Source: Pyrobaculum aerophilum str. IM2 (GTDB lineage Archaea; Thermoproteota; Thermoprotei; Thermoproteales; Thermoproteaceae). From it: 32,000 nucleotides of DNA. Both the position numbers and the translations under genes were made by a program. The stretch is from positions 2,190,001 to 2,222,000 of the forward strand of contig NC_003364.1 of NCBI RefSeq assembly GCF_000007225.1, read 5' to 3'. The notes below the pieces were generated by a model, which saw only the letters and a list, made by a program, of their open reading frames with translations, did not search any database and was not told the origin of the DNA. Each line of letters opens with the position of its first letter. Position 1 is the stretch's first letter. This document shows positions 30,487 through 32,000 of this stretch, one piece after another.

Positions 30487-31750
30487 GTGGCGGGAAGGAG
30501 AGCTTTTTCGCTTAGATGAGAAGGCGGAGCAATGCGGCGTGGGTAAAGAGGAGTTGAGAGAGGCTATTCTCATTTTAAGAGCCGCGTTGGGAGAGCACAG
30601 CAGACTTCCCAGCGGCGTAAGGGTAGATACGCCTAGGCCTGACGTGAAGGGGGAGAAAGCCTTCGGCGGCTTTTGGGTCGGAGTGTTTGAAATCGGCGAC
30701 TTCGAAATTGTAATTAGGCCAAGAGTTGAAAAATATGGAGAGATGCTGGCGCGTATACGCCGGGCTTTGGGGGACGTCAGCTGGATATACCTAACTGCGT
30801 CGAGTATATACGCCGGCGATTCGCGTCTTGCAATTTACGGAGAAGCCTATAGGCTTTTAGGGGAGTTGTGGCTCTTGGCGAGCAGAGAGCCGCGTTTTTT
30901 AACTGAGCGGGTTGTTGGCAGGGGGTCGCGGATCGGCCTCGGGGCAACTGGCCCCTACCTCCACGGGCGGAGGCGGGTGAGGAATAGGGCGCTTGCAAAC
31001 GCAGTGGTTTTAGGCGTGAGGAGAGTGGCGGAGGCCGTGGATGAGGCGTATGAAATAGCCAAGACCTTGCCGACTGGGGTGAGGGAAGTGGTGGAGGAGT
31101 ATTTGAGTTTAATATCCCGCGGCGCTGAGGCGGTTTTAGAAGAACTAGGCGATATGGCCTTGTGGATTGACGGGGAGGATTTAGGCGGCTATTGGCACGT
31201 GGCCTCAAGGGCTGTAAAAGGCCACAGCTGGGGCCGCCTTAGGGAAGCTGTCGGCAGATATGTAATGATTCCCAGCACAAAGCTATACGAGCTCTACGTA
31301 TATGTCCTCTTTCTTGAAAACCTCGGCGCGCCATATAGAAAATGTGGCGATTTCTGTCTAGAGGTGGAAAACGCCAGGCTTTATTTCAACAAGGCGCCTC
31401 TGTCGCGGCTTGTTAAAAAACTATCTGGGAGGAGTCCCAAGCCCGACGTCACGTTTAAGCGCGGCTCTTCAATATCAATTATCGAGGCTAAGTACAGGGA
31501 GTTAAACGGCCGGGGGCTCGGGTTGCCAGACGCGGTGAGAATAGCCGCGTATCTAGGCGACGTGGCCAGAAACGGGAAGTTGAAAGCAGTAGTTACCGCG
31601 TTGTCAACGCCTCAAGGCATTGAAAACCCCGTAAGGGCGAAAATTAGCAACGGCGTTGAGGCGGCGGTGTACTACGCAGTGGTTAACCCCGACTGGGATT
31701 CAAGCGGTGAGGTGAGGAGCGCCCTTGCTTTTATAATGTCAGACCCGTAG
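30464..31750 (+). CDS. mcrC: McrC-like subunit with C-terminal PD-(D/E)xK nuclease motif
   Basis: Overlaps mcrB by 23 nt. '..KPDVTF..(8)..SIIEAKYRE' gives D...E-x-K. The size (428 aa) and the position downstream of mcrB fit. Confidence 0.7.
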   Translation: MNSRRRCEWREGELFRLDEKAEQCGVGKEELREAILILRAALGEHSRLPSGVRVDTPRPDVKGEKAFGGFWVGVFEIGDFEIVIRPRVEKYGEMLARIRRALGDVSWIYLTASSIYAGDSRLAIYGEAYRLLGELWLLASREPRFLTERVVGRGSRIGLGATGPYLHGRRRVRNRALANAVVLGVRRVAEAVDEAYEIAKTLPTGVREVVEEYLSLISRGAEAVLEELGDMALWIDGEDLGGYWHVASRAVKGHSWGRLREAVGRYVMIPSTKLYELYVYVLFLENLGAPYRKCGDFCLEVENARLYFNKAPLSRLVKKLSGRSPKPDVTFKRGSSISIIEAKYRELNGRGLGLPDAVRIAAYLGDVARNGKLKAVVTALSTPQGIENPVRAKISNGVEAAVYYAVVNPDWDSSGEVRSALAFIMSDP

Positions 31751-32000
31751 GGTATACACTCAGGCGGAGTCTTATTGTAAAAAACTACCACTGCCCTTTT
31801 AACAATCGGAGCGTATTTATCGGGAAGCCCGCGGTAAATGCCGTAGCAGAAACCGGCCTCTTGAGGATCTAAACCCCAATCCTTTAAGTAACAACTTGCT
31901 ATGGCCAGCGCGCCGAGAGTCTCGGCGTCAACTTTATCTATACATCGGCTCAGCCACATGCCCAGAGATGTGAGCATGGCCCTCTCCCCCGCTTTCCACC
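31672..32000 (-). CDS. hypothetical protein, 5' end possibly outside window
   Basis: The frame stays open to the right window edge upstream of the listed ATG 31977. The 3' end overlaps mcrC by 79 nt. No family recognised. Confidence 0.35.
   Translation of the reverse strand, partial: WKAGERAMLTSLGMWLSRCIDKVDAETLGALAIASCYLKDWGLDPQEAGFCYGIYRGLPDKYAPIVKRAVVVFYNKTPPECIPYGSDIIKARALLTSPLESQSGLTTA

Noticed and set aside
1-32000. Search by eye for tRNA (GGTTCGAATCC-type T-arms), rRNA, CRISPR repeats, IS/transposase or integrase genes, and terminal direct repeats
   Set aside because: None were recognised. The only long repeats are the two intragenic inverted tracts shared by the permease paralogs. 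A tRNAscan/Infernal/CRISPR-finder run would be needed for a definitive negative.

Overview
This is a 32-kb, gene-dense, GC-rich archaeal chromosomal window. I infer a Thermoproteaceae (Pyrobaculum/Thermoproteus-like) crenarchaeote for three reasons: several PaREP1-type genes are present, there are no Shine-Dalgarno sequences, and A/T-rich TATA-like boxes are centred about 21-25 nt upstream of most start codons, which indicates leaderless mRNAs. I used that spacing to revise several ORF-track starts. I call about 34 intact or probably intact CDSs plus 5 decayed genes. I found no rRNA, tRNA, CRISPR array or recognisable transposase. Housekeeping-type genes are a HisC/CobD-family PLP enzyme, a PP-loop tRNA thiolase, RNA 2'-phosphotransferase KptA, a MetE-type methyltransferase, a thiolase, a solute-binding protein and an AmrS/PflA-like radical SAM enzyme. 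The accessory and envelope content is heavy. It includes three MacB/FtsX-type permeases with no ABC ATPase in the window, a 703-aa CARDB-like surface protein, many small membrane proteins, and an SppA protease fused to a second extracellular domain. It also includes a membrane-tethered wHTH protein, four PaREP1/8-like genes (two decayed) and a McrBC-like restriction module. The most interesting observations are as follows. (1) An AT-rich islet encodes a signal-peptide-bearing 4-Cys mini-protein immediately upstream of an FtsX permease and an overlapping radical SAM gene; this is a candidate peptide/RiPP-like module, which would be unusual in Crenarchaeota. (2) A 106-bp perfect inverted repeat lies inside the 5' ends of two otherwise about 60%-identical permease paralogs and brackets an 11.9-kb segment, suggesting gene conversion or a possible invertible segment. 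(3) A McrBC module has an mcrB reading frame that continues upstream, through a TAA and a frameshift, into an ASCH/EVE-like reader-domain relic. (4) A beta-carbonic anhydrase is interrupted by a single in-frame TAG. (5) A translationally coupled pair of zinc-ribbon/TM paralogs has unknown function. All family assignments come from motif recognition by eye; no database search or computation was run.
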